In this document: positions 10,740 through 24,958 of the stretch, piece after piece
Numbering within the stretch: position 1 is the stretch's first letter
How the letters are laid out: each line of letters starts with the position of its first letter
From: Octopus vulgaris
Taxonomy: Eukaryota
Direction: 5' to 3'
NCBI GenBank assembly: GCA_951406725.2
Contig: OX597836.1
Span: 15,438,001 to 15,502,000 of the forward strand
Length of the DNA stretch: 64,000 nucleotides
The notes under the pieces: model-generated
Told to the model about the DNA's origin: nothing
Database searches by the model: none
What the model saw: only the letters and a program-made list of their open reading frames with translations
Translations under genes and position numbers: made by a program

Positions 10740-11120
10740 ACTCTTTTACTTGTTTCAGTCATTTTGACTGCGGCCATGCTGGAGCACCGCCTTTAGTCGA
10801 GCAAATTGACCCCGGGATTTATTCTTTGTAAGCCCAGTACTTATTCTATCGGTCTATTTTGCTGAACCGCTAAGTGACGGGGACGTAAACACACCAGCAT
10901 CGGTTGTCAAGCAATGCTAGGGGGACAAACACAGACACACAAACATATACACACACATACATATATATATACGACAGGCTTCTTTCAGTTTCCGTCTACC
11001 AAATCCACTCACAAGGCTTTGGTCGGCCCGAGGCTATAGCAGAAGACACTTGCCCAAGATTCCACGCAGTGGGACTGAACCCGGAACCATGTGGTTGGTT
11101 AGCAAGCTACATACCACACT
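10740..11120 (-). mobile_element. CORE-type SINE copy
   Basis: Same family as 3232..3600. Confidence 0.85.
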
Positions 11121-11513
11121 TGCAATTAGAGGGCTTAAAAAACACTCATTATTTGATTAACTGTTACAATAAAGCAAGCCTGGCTGTGTAGTAATAATTT
11201 TGCATCCTAATCTGGGTTCAAGTCCTATTGCATCCTAATCTGGGTTCAAGTCCTATTGTGTGGCATCTTGGGCAAATGTCTCCTACAATAGCCCCGGGTT
11301 ATTTGAATTTAGTCGAAGAAAACTGAAAGAAGCCGTTTGTGCATATGTATGTGTATTTACGTACGTTTGTGTGTGTGTGTGTGTGTGTGTGTCTATCTGT
11401 GTGTGTATGTGCTCGCGCGCTTACGTGAGTGTATGTTTCGTATGTGAGGGTGTGCATGTTTGTGTCCCCCTGTCTTGACACCGAATGGTAATTGTAAAAT
11501 GGTTGTCATAGGA

Positions 11514-12324
11514 GAGGATACTGAAAAGTTCCTGGTTTTGAGTAAAAGAAAATACAGGAGTTAACTATGATTTTATTCAACACTAGCAGTATCGCCCGGC
11601 GTTGCTCGGGTTTGTAAGGGAAATAACTATATAAGCATTTTTAGAGATGTAAAGTATAATAGCCATCTCAATATGGCTAACCACAAAGGGGGGGGGGTGT
11701 TACTGTAGCTTTTTACGTTCTGAGATTTAATAATAAATTTTTAGAGAGTTTGTTATATTTCGGAATGGTCATATTGCCAGTTTAGCCAATAAAAACACAC
11801 GTACTATATATTTGGTGTTATTTTGCTTCAGTGATATTTATTTTTTACATTAATCTTAATCTTATTTCGGCCAGAGTTCTTTCGTCACACTCCTGTGACC
11901 GCATCAGTGGTCCTTTGTTTTCTTCTCACTTATTTGTGTCTCTCCTTACTAACCTTATATATGCCAAAAATGCATTAAAAATGGGAAAAATTGATGGTAA
12001 TTTTTTTTTTTAATCGTAGACTCATCGTAGACGCGCGCTAATACCCAGAAGGGCTCGATATGAATCACGACTATAAGATACCCAGTTTTGGTTAAACTGC
12101 ACCGCAAAATGTGGGAGTAGTTAGGAATCTAAATAGTAGGAGACAGACAGCACACAACCTCTCTTTTATATATATATTCAACATATTCTCCTTCTCAGAT
12201 TCACACACTCATTGCAAAGGTCCTTCAGTTTTTGTAAGTCCTGTAAAATAACTCGAAAGGTTGAGTTTCCAAACAGGCCTTTCCCGATTTCTTAAACCCA
12301 GAAACATTTCTCTGGCCCCTCATA
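11514..12324. mobile_element. Mariner-type MITE interrupted by a Helitron (11583..~12115)
   Basis: Halves 11514..11582 and 12116..12324 match the intact MITE at 27275..27498; the insert has the CTAG end and hairpin of the Helitron family. Confidence 0.75.
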
Positions 12325-12526
12325 CAAGCAATGTTATTTATTTCCAGCATTCTGTGCGATCACGTCTGGCCATAAGGAAATATAACCTTCTTTGGAAATG
12401 GGTGCAGCTTCGCGACAGAAAGGGGGGCATCCGCCGTGAAAAAAATCTGTCTCAATAAAATCCGTCTGACCCGTATAATCATGGGAAAGTGGGCGCTAAA
12501 ACGAAGATGATGATAATAGTGGTGAT

Positions 12527-12763
12527 GATGACGTCATCCGTATTGTGACGTAATAAACCTGCTGTAATAATCATAACGTTGTATTCATGTGTATGTTAGT
12601 TTCGTATCTTTCTTTTTCTCATAGTATAAACTGTACTCATACTTTAGCGCCTCTCTCTCTGTGTGTGTGTGTGTGTGTGTGTGTGGTATGACGGAAATTA
12701 ATTAAAAAAAACTAAGAAAATAAAAAACGCAGAAAAAAAGGGCCGTCATTTGAATCACGTGAT
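12527..12763 (+). promoter_or_regulatory. Candidate promoter motifs of CFAP57 copy 2 (CRE TGACGTCA, CRE-like TGACGTAA, E-box TCACGTGA)
   Basis: GATGACGTCATC 12527-12538, TGACGTAA 12546-12553, ATCACGTGAT 12754-12763, 0.5-0.8 kb upstream of the ATG; function inferred only. Confidence 0.3.
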
Positions 12764-12813
12764 CAGCATCATCTACAGTTCAGCCTACTTTTCATTTTTT
12801 TTTTTTAATATTG

Positions 12814-12827
12814 CGTGTGTGTGTATG

Positions 12828-12921
<94 letters not shown>

Positions 12922-12981
12922 TGTATATGTGTATATATAGAGAGAGATATGTATATGTGTATATAGAGAGAGACATATGTA

Positions 12982-13063
<82 letters not shown>

Positions 13064-13077
13064 AAGAAATATAGCTT

Positions 13078-13125
<48 letters not shown>

Positions 13126-13144
13126 GAGAAGGTGTGTGTGTATG

Positions 13145-13235
<91 letters not shown>

Positions 13236-13245
13236 GAAGAGAGAA
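12814..13245. repeat. Compound microsatellite (GT/TA/GA/GATA)
   Basis: Direct reading; ends about 50 nt before the ATG at 13295. Confidence 0.95.
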
Positions 13246-13294
13246 GTGTGTATGCATATAATCTTAGGAACAATAATCGAGCAAGTTTGGGAAA

Positions 13295-16200
13295 ATGTCT
13301 ATCTCTACAGCAACATTAAAATATTTGTCCGGAGTTAACGCGGATATTTTTACGAATGTCTTTTATTTCGATGAGCAGACGATCCTCTATACGTGCGGTT
13401 GTCACTGTGTTTTATATAACATCGAAGAAAATACGATGAAGTTGTTCAAAACTTCACAGAAAGGGTCTGAAATAACTGCTATTGCTATAAGTACTAAACG
13501 CAACTATACGGCCATTGCTTTGAAATGCGACACGCCGTCGGTAAACATTTTTGAATTGTACACATCGCGGAAAAGTAAGTCGCTAGTTTACCCAGAATTA
13601 CTTTCTGCCAAGATCATTAGTATGTGTTTCTCGAACGATTCTCGCTATCTCATCACCCTATGTGATGACCAATTAGGAACGTTACTTTACTGGTCGTGGG
13701 AAAAATCGAAACTGCTTATATCAAGCAATGTCACGACGTCTGATGTGCCGGAGATTCTTTATCATATTACTTTTAACCCTCACGATAATCTCCAGTTGTA
13801 TGTGTTTGGCAATGGACATCTAAAATCGCTCCGCATCGCAGAAGGCATTGTGAATCAGTTTACTTTCCCCAAAATCGATAGTGAAGATTTCAAATGCTAT
13901 TGCTGGGACACGAACAACCGGCTTTTGGTGGGTACAAACACCGCTCGAGTGTTATTTATCGAAGATACGGATTTAGTAATTGACTTTAAGGTATACCAAT
14001 ATTTGGACACGTCCGACGATTCTATAATGAGCCACGGAGTAACAGCAATCGCCAGTTACGCTAAAGGATTTATTACAGCGTGTGGTACGAAAAGTGTACA
14101 GTTTTTTGGAAGAATTGAAAATAAGGATACTTACGAGTTTGTCAGGAATGTTTGGATGCCGTCAGATGTTTTGGAAAATGGCCAACTATGCAAGCAGATC
14201 ATAAAATGGATGGTGGTGAGTCCATCGGAGGAGGTTCTCGTTATTATCACCGATATGAAACAAATGTATTCTGCGGGCATTGTTGAGCCTGAATTGAAAT
14301 ATATGAATAAAACGAGTGAGTTTGATGTCTTAGTTCAACCTTTCCATTTTAAATCTATCACTGGATGTTGTGTTTGTACGTGGAAACCTTTCATTGCAAC
14401 CAGCTCTCTGGACGGTTCTATAAAACTGTGGAACTACGAAACGTTTACCTTAGAATTTTCTAAAGACTTTTCAGAAGAAGTCTACAGCATATCTATGCAC
14501 CCAATGGGATTATTTCTTCTGGCAGGCTTCAACGACAAATTACGTTTCATGCATATTCTTATGGATGATTTGAAATCGTTTCAAGAATTCAATATCCGTA
14601 TGTGTACACATTGCAACTTCAGCCGAGGTGGTCATATGTTCGCAGCGGTCAACAACAACTTTATACAGGTATACTCGTCGATTACTTTCGAAATGGTGGT
14701 CAACCTGAAGGGTCACAACGACAAAGTTAAAACTACCGCCTGGTTTATGGATGATAATCACCTCCTTTCATGTGGTTTGGATGGAGCAGTTTATGACTGG
14801 GAGTTAAAAACCGGGAAGCGAATCGGTCAGTGTGTTTTGAAATCCTGCGCCTATAACGATGTTGTTTATAATCCCGAGACCAAAAATGTTTATGCCGTCG
14901 GCTCGGATCATTCTTTGAAAGAAATCCACGAGTCGGATATATTGCGAACGTTTCCAGCGAGTGGCGTCGTTTACACATCAATTGCTCTGTCATCTTCCAA
15001 TTCTATATTATTTTTAGGAACTAGTAATGGTTATATAAAAGGCATCGAGTGTCCTCCATCGCTAAGTGGGAAATTTTTTGATTATCCTTGTCATAGTCTC
15101 GATGTTACACACCTGGTTTTTTCGGCTGATGATCGATATTTGATATCAGCATCGAAAGATGCTACGATCGCAATTTGGAAGGTCAACGAATCTGATAGTT
15201 GGACTTTGAAGCGGAAAGCCTTTTACTGTGAAGAGATTCTAATTCCAATATCTGGTTTGGAAGACAAAAACTGTTTACTTGCAGAATTGAATTCTCGCGT
15301 GGACGAACTTGTTATGGAAAACAAATTCCAAATGCACTTCAAGGAAATGCACCATAACGATAACATAAAAGAGACGACCGATATATTTATTAAGGAAATA
15401 GAGGAGTTGAAAGCTAAAAACGAAATTTTAAAGAAGGAAAAATACGAACAAGAAACGATGCACTGTCAAGAATTATCAGATATACAGACAAATAACTACC
15501 AAGAATTGCAGAAGATCGAGTTTCTCAGCGATAAGAAGCTAATACTGGAATACGAGAAATATGCCTATCTTTTCAACAGCGTAGTGAAACAAGAAGAGAG
15601 TCATGAGAAACGGACACAAGAACTGCAAGAAAAACAAGAAAGTATAAGAGAAAATATGACTAAGCAGTACGAAAAGAAGCTTGTTAGTTTGCAAAATAGA
15701 CTTGAGCGATGTCATGAAGAGCTTTTTCTGAACCAAAAAGAACACGAAGAAGTGAAAAAACAAGCAGAAAGGGATGCTGATATGGAAATCGATTACACAG
15801 TACAAAATTACAAACAACAGTTGGTTGACGGGCAAAAATCTAATTCTAAAATAAAAGACGAAAATAATATTTTGAAGAAGAAGCTTTTATCTTTCCCCAA
15901 AGAACTAAAAGACAGCAAAGACGAGTGCAAGAAGTACAAGGCAGAGATAAAGAGACTGAATGTTGTTATATTTTGTCTGGATAAAGATATAGAACATTTG
16001 CAATCTGAGCTGCGTAATCAAGATGAGGGATTTCAGGACGAAGAGAAATGCTACTATGAATCGAAATTGAAAAACCACGAACTCGAGATGCTGAAATGTG
16101 AACTAGAATATAAAAAGATTACCGAACTGAGACAGCATATTGAACATAGGGAGACACAAATCTGTGACATGAAAGAGCAGATCAAAACTATGCAAAGGGA

Positions 16201-16666
16201 GCTGGAAAATTTCACTCATCAGTTTATCATTATGGACCGCGCAACAGCAGAAACGAAACAGAAGCTAGCGGCCACTTCTCAAGAATTGGACAAAGAACGT
16301 ACAGAGCTGCACAAAAAAACAGCTTTGTTAGACAGGTTCCTCGCCGACCTTATTGATTGCACGTCTTTCATACAAGATCCGCTGAGGTTGAAGAGCAGCG
16401 TCAAATTGCTTTATCAAAAATACATTGACAAGAATGTCGGTAAGATCGCCGCTACAGACCCCAACATACAGATGGAATGGGCTAGACAGCGGAACCATTT
16501 CGAATACAGTATACATACACTAATGAATGAGTTGAATAAAACAGTGAGAGGGGCTTCGCTGGAAAACGAAGTCCTGGTAAACGAATGCAGTAAAATGGGA
16601 GATGTGTTGAAGTTGGAGAGAGAAAAAAGCCGTCGATATCTGAGTTTACTAGAACGAACTCAATGA
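13295..16666 (+). CDS. CFAP57: CFAP57/WDR65-like protein, copy 2 (1123 aa, single coding exon)
   Basis: Uninterrupted ORF; N-terminal [58 protein letters not shown]; WD40 propellers followed by coiled coil; colinear with copy 1. Confidence 0.92.
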   Translation: MSISTATLKYLSGVNADIFTNVFYFDEQTILYTCGCHCVLYNIEENTMKLFKTSQKGSEITAIAISTKRNYTAIALKCDTPSVNIFELYTSRKSKSLVYPELLSAKIISMCFSNDSRYLITLCDDQLGTLLYWSWEKSKLLISSNVTTSDVPEILYHITFNPHDNLQLYVFGNGHLKSLRIAEGIVNQFTFPKIDSEDFKCYCWDTNNRLLVGTNTARVLFIEDTDLVIDFKVYQYLDTSDDSIMSHGVTAIASYAKGFITACGTKSVQFFGRIENKDTYEFVRNVWMPSDVLENGQLCKQIIKWMVVSPSEEVLVIITDMKQMYSAGIVEPELKYMNKTSEFDVLVQPFHFKSITGCCVCTWKPFIATSSLDGSIKLWNYETFTLEFSKDFSEEVYSISMHPMGLFLLAGFNDKLRFMHILMDDLKSFQEFNIRMCTHCNFSRGGHMFAAVNNNFIQVYSSITFEMVVNLKGHNDKVKTTAWFMDDNHLLSCGLDGAVYDWELKTGKRIGQCVLKSCAYNDVVYNPETKNVYAVGSDHSLKEIHESDILRTFPASGVVYTSIALSSSNSILFLGTSNGYIKGIECPPSLSGKFFDYPCHSLDVTHLVFSADDRYLISASKDATIAIWKVNESDSWTLKRKAFYCEEILIPISGLEDKNCLLAELNSRVDELVMENKFQMHFKEMHHNDNIKETTDIFIKEIEELKAKNEILKKEKYEQETMHCQELSDIQTNNYQELQKIEFLSDKKLILEYEKYAYLFNSVVKQEESHEKRTQELQEKQESIRENMTKQYEKKLVSLQNRLERCHEELFLNQKEHEEVKKQAERDADMEIDYTVQNYKQQLVDGQKSNSKIKDENNILKKKLLSFPKELKDSKDECKKYKAEIKRLNVVIFCLDKDIEHLQSELRNQDEGFQDEEKCYYESKLKNHELEMLKCELEYKKITELRQHIEHRETQICDMKEQIKTMQRELENFTHQFIIMDRATAETKQKLAATSQELDKERTELHKKTALLDRFLADLIDCTSFIQDPLRLKSSVKLLYQKYIDKNVGKIAATDPNIQMEWARQRNHFEYSIHTLMNELNKTVRGASLENEVLVNECSKMGDVLKLEREKSRRYLSLLERTQ

Positions 16667-17008
16667 AAAAAAAGAAGAAAAAAATGAAAATAGATCTACT
16701 TTGTTGATCTTGGGAATTTTTTTTATCATTTGAGCGAAACGAAATGAATTATATGTTGTAACTTGCCCATTTTTAATGTGAGTGATAAAAAACCTTGTTC
16801 TGAAGTGGGAATTTTGTTGTTGATTTTGTTGCTAACTTATAAAAGCCAATTTCACCGAGGTCCAATTTGTCTTTTGTCTCATCATTCACGGGTCAACGAA
16901 ATAAAGTACCAGTAAAATACTGGGGTCGAAGTAATCGACTACACTCATCCCCTTGAATTCCATGCCGTCTGCCTATGTTAGACAGTGTCGAGTTGTTAGA
17001 CAAATTCG

Positions 17009-17015
17009 TTTGTTG

Positions 17016-17047
<32 letters not shown>

Positions 17048-17216
17048 GGTGGTGGTGGTGGTGGTGGTGGTGGTGGTGGTGGTGGTGGTTATGGTGGTGG
17101 TGGTGTTGGTGTTGGTGGTGGTGGTGGTGGTGGTGGTGGTGGTGGTGGTGGTGGTTGTGGTGGTGGTGGTGGTGTTGTTGTTGTTGGTGGTGGTGATAGT
17201 GGTGTTGGTGGTGGTG

Positions 17217-17248
<32 letters not shown>

Positions 17249-17282
17249 GGTGGTGGTGGTGGTGTACGTGGTGGTGGTGGTG

Positions 17283-17314
<32 letters not shown>

Positions 17315-17347
17315 GGTGGTGGTGGTGGTGGTGGTGGTGGTGGTGGT
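17009..17347. repeat. (GGT/GTT)n trinucleotide microsatellite
   Basis: Direct reading. Confidence 0.95.
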
Positions 17348-17774
17348 TTGCATCGGCTGCGACGGCAAGTGATTTTTTTAAAAATTTCCCACAAGGGGAC
17401 AACATAGATAAGGGACAATACAATGTGATTGGGGTCACATGGACGGATGGATATAACATAAAGATGACATTAAAAATTCACAAAAAATATAAATAAATCG
17501 AATGTTAGGACAGACCGGAAGACATTACGGATGGAGAGGGAAGGCGGGTTCAATTCGCACCCCACGGGGCCCCGCCTTGCCACTGATACCTGAGATACGT
17601 CCTGCGTCGCATTCATGAGGTTACATTCTCTCTCAACATCCGTGCTACATTCTTCCATCGATTTTCAAACGTTTTCACAGTCAGGCATTTTCTTTCCAGC
17701 CCTGACGATGTAAAAACGTCCGCCAGTTTCGACGGTAACAGTTCCAGTCGAGAAAATCCAAAATAATGAATTAT

Positions 17775-18400
<626 letters not shown>

Positions 18401-18609
18401 AGCCGAATATTCCGCTGTCGCACTATCGCCGATGTTAACATTACATGATATCACGAACAGAGGCCAAACTATGTCCCACAATATTACCTGACCCGTTTTA
18501 ATAGGTGACACAGAAACTAAAGAAAAATCTTTGCTGTTGTCTTCGTCCCAGAGCTCGCAAGATGGGAGAAGTCCGAAACGTCGTCCTTTGTTATTCGTAA
18601 GACCCACAG

Positions 18610-18905
18610 AAGGGAAAGCAAGTCAACCCCCGACACCGAGAGCATCGACGGATGGATGAATGCGCATCCAGGCTCAGCGGTTGCGTAGGAAGTCGGGGAC
18701 AAGAAACAGGAAGAAAGAGTGAGAGAAAGTTGGAGCGAAAGAGTACAACAGGGGTCGCCACCACCCCACCACGTCCTACCGAAGCCTCGTGGAGCTTTAG
18801 GTGTTTTCGCTCAATAAACACACACAACACCCGGTCTGGGAATCGAAACCACGATCCTCCGACCGCGAGTCCGCTGCTCTAACCATTGGGCCATTGCGCC
18901 TCCAC
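18610..18905 (-). mobile_element. tRNA(Arg)-like-head SINE (second family; also 29560..29940 and 54223..54510 on +)
   Basis: Head GGAGGCGCAATGGCCCAATGGTTAG...GACTCGCGGTC...GTTTCGATTCCC with A/B boxes, followed by a non-tRNA body. Confidence 0.8.
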
Positions 18906-18949
18906 TGCTGCTGCTGCTGCTCTTCTTGTTGTCAAGACATACAACAGTT

Positions 18950-19420
18950 ATAATTTAAGAGATTTGTCAGCCCATCGCATGGTAACGACGGACAAAACGG
19001 CTAAGGCGTTGCCCCAGAGAATGGTGAGGGAGATGCACTGAAACAGCCACTCCGATTTACTGGACTTGCAGGTTGCCATGTCTACACACAAAAGCAGTGA
19101 GCAGGGATGTAGTCCGGGGTAGGGGCGCGCAACAACGCTAGAGATATCCACTGTCACAGGCTCGACCACAAACCTTATCGGAGAGCGACTGATAATTGGA
19201 CATCTTGGCTTTGTCGGCTTGGCGAGCAGCGAGGCCTGGGCTGGCAACCTAACATACAATGTTACCGCTGGAGGAGGTGTCGCCGATGAAAGGACCTTCA
19301 ACAGCAGGACGGAAAAACTGACATGCCTAGTAGCCTTTTTACCGTCCTTTCTGTCCAACCCCCGCTGCGTTAAGCTGGGAAGAAAATCTTGCGGCGTCTG
19401 GAGCCGACTCCAGATATAGA
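18950..19420 (-). mobile_element. Degenerate CRE-like retrotransposon 3' fragment
   Basis: GLDRKDGKK, EPVTVDISS, KSEWLFQCISLTILWGNALAVL resemble the RLE C-terminus (FQRISLAIQRGNA). Confidence 0.55.
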
Positions 19421-19504
19421 AACCAAGGGAAGTAATTTTAAAGATTATGATAAGAGTTACCTCCCTTAGAACAGATTGCGAAAGAGAAAACGGAAAAACG
19501 TGCT

Positions 19505-20076
19505 CTCTTTACTCTCTTTTACTTGTTTCAGTCATTTGACTGCGGCCATGCTGGAGCACCACCTTTAGTCGAGCATATCAACCCCAGGACTTATTCTTTG
19601 TAAGCCTAGTACTTATTCTATCGGTCTCTTTTGCCGAACCGCTAAGTTACGGGGACGTAAACACACCAGCATCGGTTGTCTTCAAATTTTGGTACGTGGC
19701 CAGCAGCAGTTTCGCGGGTGGTGGGGTTGTGAATTACATCGATCTCAGAGTTCAATAAGCACTTACTTTATCAACTTCGAAAGGATGAAAGACAAAGTCG
19801 ACCTTGGCGGAATTTGAACTCAGAACATAAAGACGGACAGGACAAAATGCCGCTTAGAATTTTACCCGGCGTGCTAACCATTCTGCCAGCTCGTCCTCTT
19901 TGCCAATACATATATTGATTTCAAATTTTGGCACAAGGTCAGCAATTTCGGTGAGAGGTCGATTGCATCGATCCCAGTCTTTCACCGAACCCCTAAGTTA
20001 CGGTGACCTAAACAAAAAACACCAGTCATGAAGCGGGTGAGCAGAAGAAAAACATAAGCACAAAGACACCACACAC

Positions 20077-20109
<33 letters not shown>

Positions 20110-21310
20110 ATGTATGGAGTGGCTGTGTGGTAAGTAACTTGCTTACCAATCACATGGTTCCGGGTTCAGTCCCACTGAGTGGCATCTTGGGCAAGTGTCT
20201 TCTGCTATAGCCCTGGGCCAACCAATGCCTTGTGAGTGGATTTGGTAGACAGAAACTGAAAGAAGCCTGTCATATATATGTATATATATATATATGTATG
20301 CATGTGCGTGTTTGTGCCCCTAGCATTGCTTGACAACCGATGCTGGTGTGTTTACGTCCCCGTCACTTAGCGGTTCGGCAAAAGAGACCAATAGAATAAG
20401 TACTGGGCTTACAAAGAATAAGTCCCGGGGTTGATTTGCTCGACTAAAGGCGGTGCTCCAGCATGAAACAAGTAAAAGTGTCTTCTACTATATAGCCTCA
20501 GGCCGACCAAAACCTTCTGAATGGATTTGGTAGACGGAAACTGAAAGAAGCCCGTTGTGTGTGTGTGTGTGTGTGTGTAATGGTTAAGATTGAAATGTTA
20601 TTATGAAATGTTGGTGGAGGCAGTGGCAACGATAATAATTTGTTGTTATAATTGCATGTTGTAAAATGTGAAAGATGAAGAATGCATGAAGTTTTAAGAA
20701 AGGGCTCCTTCACAAAGTCACTGTGGCAGGACATGGTTTGCGTTTGAGAGAGACTTAGCTGCTGTTTCTTTCAAGCTAAGCAATTGCATAATTAACATTG
20801 TTCTGGTTATTCTTGCTTTTGATTTTGTCGTAGTTTGTAATAACTGTCCAGGCAGATTCAAGTGATAGACATTAATTGTTTGGAACTTTATATGAAAGAC
20901 AAGGCATACTCTTTACTCTTACTCTTTTACTTGTTTCAGTCATTTGACTGCGGCCATGCTGGAGCACCGCCTTTAATCAAGCGACTCGACCCCGGGACTT
21001 ATTCTTTGGAAGCCCAGTACTTATTCTATCGGTCTTCTTTTTGCCGAACCGCTAAATGACGGGGACGTAAACACACCAGCATCGGTTGTCAAGCAATGCT
21101 AGGGGGACAAACACAGACACACAAACACACACACGCATACATATATATATATGACAGGCTTCTTTCAGTTTCCGTCTACCAAATCCACTCACAAGGCATT
21201 GGTCGGCCCGGGGCTATAGCAGAAGACACTTGCCCAAGATGCCACGCAGTGGGACTGAACCCGGAACCATGTGGTTGGTTAGCAAGCTACTTACCACACA
21301 GCCACTCCTG
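19505..21310. mobile_element. SINE cluster (19505..19681 -, 19680..19900 -, 20114..20478 +, 20910..21310 -)
   Basis: Matches to the SINE families repeated throughout the window. Confidence 0.8.
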
Positions 21311-21319
21311 TGAAAACAA

Positions 21320-21377
21320 AACATACGAAAACAAAAAAAAAAGGGGAAACTTTTCTTTTCTTTAAACTATCTTTATT
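21320..21377 (-). terminator. Candidate wls polyadenylation signal
   Basis: AATAAA at 21377..21372 on minus, followed about 30 nt later by a U/GU-rich element (TTTTTTTTTGTTTTCGTATGTTTTGTTTT); other AATAAA sites occur near 21915 and 22107. Confidence 0.45.
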
Positions 21378-21803
21378 CCATTGTATAAACTACAGATTAA
21401 TACACACAATACTTCCAGAGATTCTTTGGCTCCAAATAAAGAATTTTGAACATCAGAGTAGCCCAGCAGTAAATATACATGACAACATAATTATATATGT
21501 ATTGTATGCACATAAGTATGTATGCAATATATATATATATATTTACATGTATTCATATATGCATATATATATATAAATGCACAAATACTCATGGTTGTGA
21601 TCAATAGTTTGGAACATAGGTCTGAAAATTAGAATTTTTATATCAAATGCCCAAAGTTATATTTAATTTGCAATATATTATTACTACTTACAATAATATG
21701 GTAGATAATAACAATTTTACTCCAAACTTTTGGCCACGACTGTATATGCATAGACATCCACACACACAAGCATATGCACGCACACACAAATACATACATT
21801 CAT

Positions 21804-21851
<48 letters not shown>

Positions 21852-22142
21852 GGTGTCCCAGAATTAACAATTTCAATGAAATTGGGCAAATTTGAAAAAA
21901 AGCTGGCGCAAAATTTATTAATTATGATACCAAAACAAATAGATTTATAAATCTTATAAGTTGTCCTTGGTGGTATTTGAACTCAGAGTATAAAGAATTG
22001 GAAGAAATTCTGCTAAGCATTTTGTCTATATTATAAAAAAAGTTTAACACATATCAGACATGACAAACATCAATAAAAGTAAGTTTTAAAAGAAAACTGC
22101 CTGATTTTATTGAAACAGATAGTTAATTCTGAGACACCCTAC

Positions 22143-22179
<37 letters not shown>

Positions 22180-23467
22180 AGGTCATTAAGAATGAAATGT
22201 CCGGTTTTCTTATATATATATATGTGTGTATATATATATGTATGTATGGATGAGTAAATATTTATGTATAAAAGCATTATTCTCTTCATTAGATTTCCGA
22301 AAGCATTGCCTTCCTAAAACCCTTGCTGTAATGTGGAATTACCAAACACAAAGAGTATATATTAACCTTTTGATTACTATCTTTGTTCATTTCCATATAA
22401 CATGGACAAAAAAAAAAAAAAAAAAAAGCAGTTTGCACATTACAAGTTCTACATTACAGCAAGATTTCTGTGAATGCATTATTGCTTCCATAATACGAGA
22501 GATGTCCAAATATGAAAAGGTTGACTGTAAAAAAAAAAAAAAAAAAAAAAAATTGGAAAAAATGTCATTTCATAAAAATTTATATGAATATTCGTTTATA
22601 TGTGAATATGTTTTTCTATGTATAGAAAATCAGCGTTCATATACATTAGCTAAGACACAACATAGAAAAAAAAAAAAATTACATTTTGCATTTTTTTTTT
22701 TTATCGTTATTTTTTTTTTTTTAAGGGGATTCTTTTGTGCATACATATTCCTGCTCTGCACCATTCCATCCTATCCTGCTCAAACAAGAAAATGTCTGGC
22801 CCTGTTTTTTTTTTTTGTATTTTAAAAAAAATTTTGTTTTATTTTTCACAATTCTGATTCAGACAGCTGTGTATGGGAAGACCACGATCAGGTCATCTTT
22901 CTTAACATCCACTTTTCCAAGCTTGTATTGATGAAAACGGAAGTTTGTTGAGATGAATTTTTCTATGACTGGATACCTTTCTTGCTGCCCGTCTTCACCT
23001 GTTTCCGAGCAAGATAATATTTACTCCGCTGGTCCCACCAGAAACAAACTACATCCCTTGTATTACAGCGATACATGTTTACTGCCTTCCCGTGATCTCA
23101 AAGCAAAGGTATACACAGCCACATGCACATCTTTTACCTTGTTTCAGCTATTAAACAGCAGCCACGTCAGGGCACTGCTTTGAAGGGCTTTAGTCAAATG
23201 TATTGACCCCAGGACTTTTTTTTGTAAGCCTTGTACTTATTCTAGCGATCTCCTTTCACCAAACCACTAAACTATGGAGACGTAAACACATAAAAACCAG
23301 TTGTCAAGAGGGGAACAAACAGACACAAAGACATAAACACATAAATATATACAACAGGCTTTTTTTCATTTTCTGTCTACCAAATTTACTCACAAGGCTT
23401 TGGTCGGCCCAGAGCTATATAGAAGACACCTTGTCCAAGGTGCCATGCAGTGGGACTGAACACAACC

Positions 23468-23523
<56 letters not shown>

Positions 23524-23679
23524 TAATTGTCCTGTACTCTATTTTTTTGTTGTTTAAAAAAATGTCCAGTTCCTTGGGTTTGTGTCTTCTCCACTGTCCC
23601 CTTCTCGCTCTCACACTATCTCTCTCTCTCAAATTGAATTTGCCATTTTTATCTGTTTTGGTTTGATAAAATACATGCC

Positions 23680-23910
23680 TATTTCTTTATTACCCACAAG
23701 GGGCTAAACACAGAGGGGACAAACAAGGACAGACATAGGTATTAAGTCGATTACATCGACCCCAGTGCGCAACTGGTACTTAATTTATCGACCCCGAAAG
23801 GATGAAAGGCAAAGTCGACCTCGGCGGAATTTGAACTCACAACGTAACGCAGACGAAATACCGCTAAGCATTTCGCCCGGCATGATAACGTTTCTGCCAG
23901 CTCGCTGCCT
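23680..23910 (-). mobile_element. SINE with Nin/Deu-like central domain (also 48430..48605, 58328..58445)
   Basis: Minus GAGTTCAAATTCCGCCGAGGTCGACTTTGCCTTTCATCCTTTCGGGGTCGATAAATTAAGTACC. Confidence 0.7.
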
Positions 23911-24958
23911 TGATAAAATACATACCAGTCAATCACTGGGGTCAATATAATTGACTAACCTTCTTCCCAACAAAATTACAGGCCTTGTACCTGTAGTAGA
24001 AGCACTAATTTACAAGCAGAAGTTTCAAAATCCCACACCAACCAGATTGGTACATTGGTACCTTGTATCATTCATACTAATGTACATGTACCTGTATTTC
24101 ATTTCATTACTTAAGTAAATGTAATATTTCTTTAATTTAGAATGTGTTATCAAAGGTGATCACCCCCGGTTTGGAAAAAATCGGTAAGCCAAAAAGGTTT
24201 TGGAATCAAGGGTTCTGAACAAAAATTGATGTACCTGTAGTTTATCAATCAACAAAATTCATTCGATATTAAGTCTTGCATGGTAGTATCGATCTTCAAT
24301 CTCTCTCTTGGTGGAATTCTGCCTCAAGCACCCCATATTAATCCCTCATACCTTTTTTCTTTTTTTTCTTTTGGAATTTTCAGAAAATTTTTGCAAATTT
24401 GTATTCAACACACACAAAGTCATACAACTATGCAAAAACCTAGTGTGATTTAAGGGGTATTTAGCTGTTATTTTTAGCACATCTCACGACCACCTCATAG
24501 CATCCTCGTTTGTCACTTTGATGTATTGATGTTTTTCAATATCTTTCTCTCTATAAACACATTTAATGATCCACTGCTGGGATTTAAGCCAGAAATTCAA
24601 ACTGTATTTTGAACAGTGGTTTAAAAAAAAATTTTTTTGATTTAAAAAAATCTTTTCTTTTCTTTTTTTTGCTTGCATAATCGTATGAATTCCCATGTGT
24701 ACAAAACAAATTCAAAAAATTTTCTGAAAATTCCAGAAGCTAACAAAGTTATGAATGGTTATATGGCTTGCATAATCAGAATTCCGCTGCTCCCTTTTCC
24801 TTGAAAAAGTGGTCCTGATTATTTATTGAACCTGGCATAGAGCATACAAAATAATAGCCAGGGGGGTGGGGATTATCATATTTTGGTTTGGATCAATGGA
24901 TGGATGGCTGGATGGATGGATGGATGCATGGATGGATTGTTGGTATCACACGATATCA

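Noticed and set aside
12785-13273. YI/SL/HT-repeat ORFs here and at 17887-18275, 42819-43411, 60207-63358
   Set aside because: Translations of microsatellites and low-complexity DNA.
16893-17459. Poly-His, poly-Val, poly-Thr and poly-Pro ORFs (also 31856-32498)
   Set aside because: Trinucleotide repeats open in several frames, with no splice or homology support.
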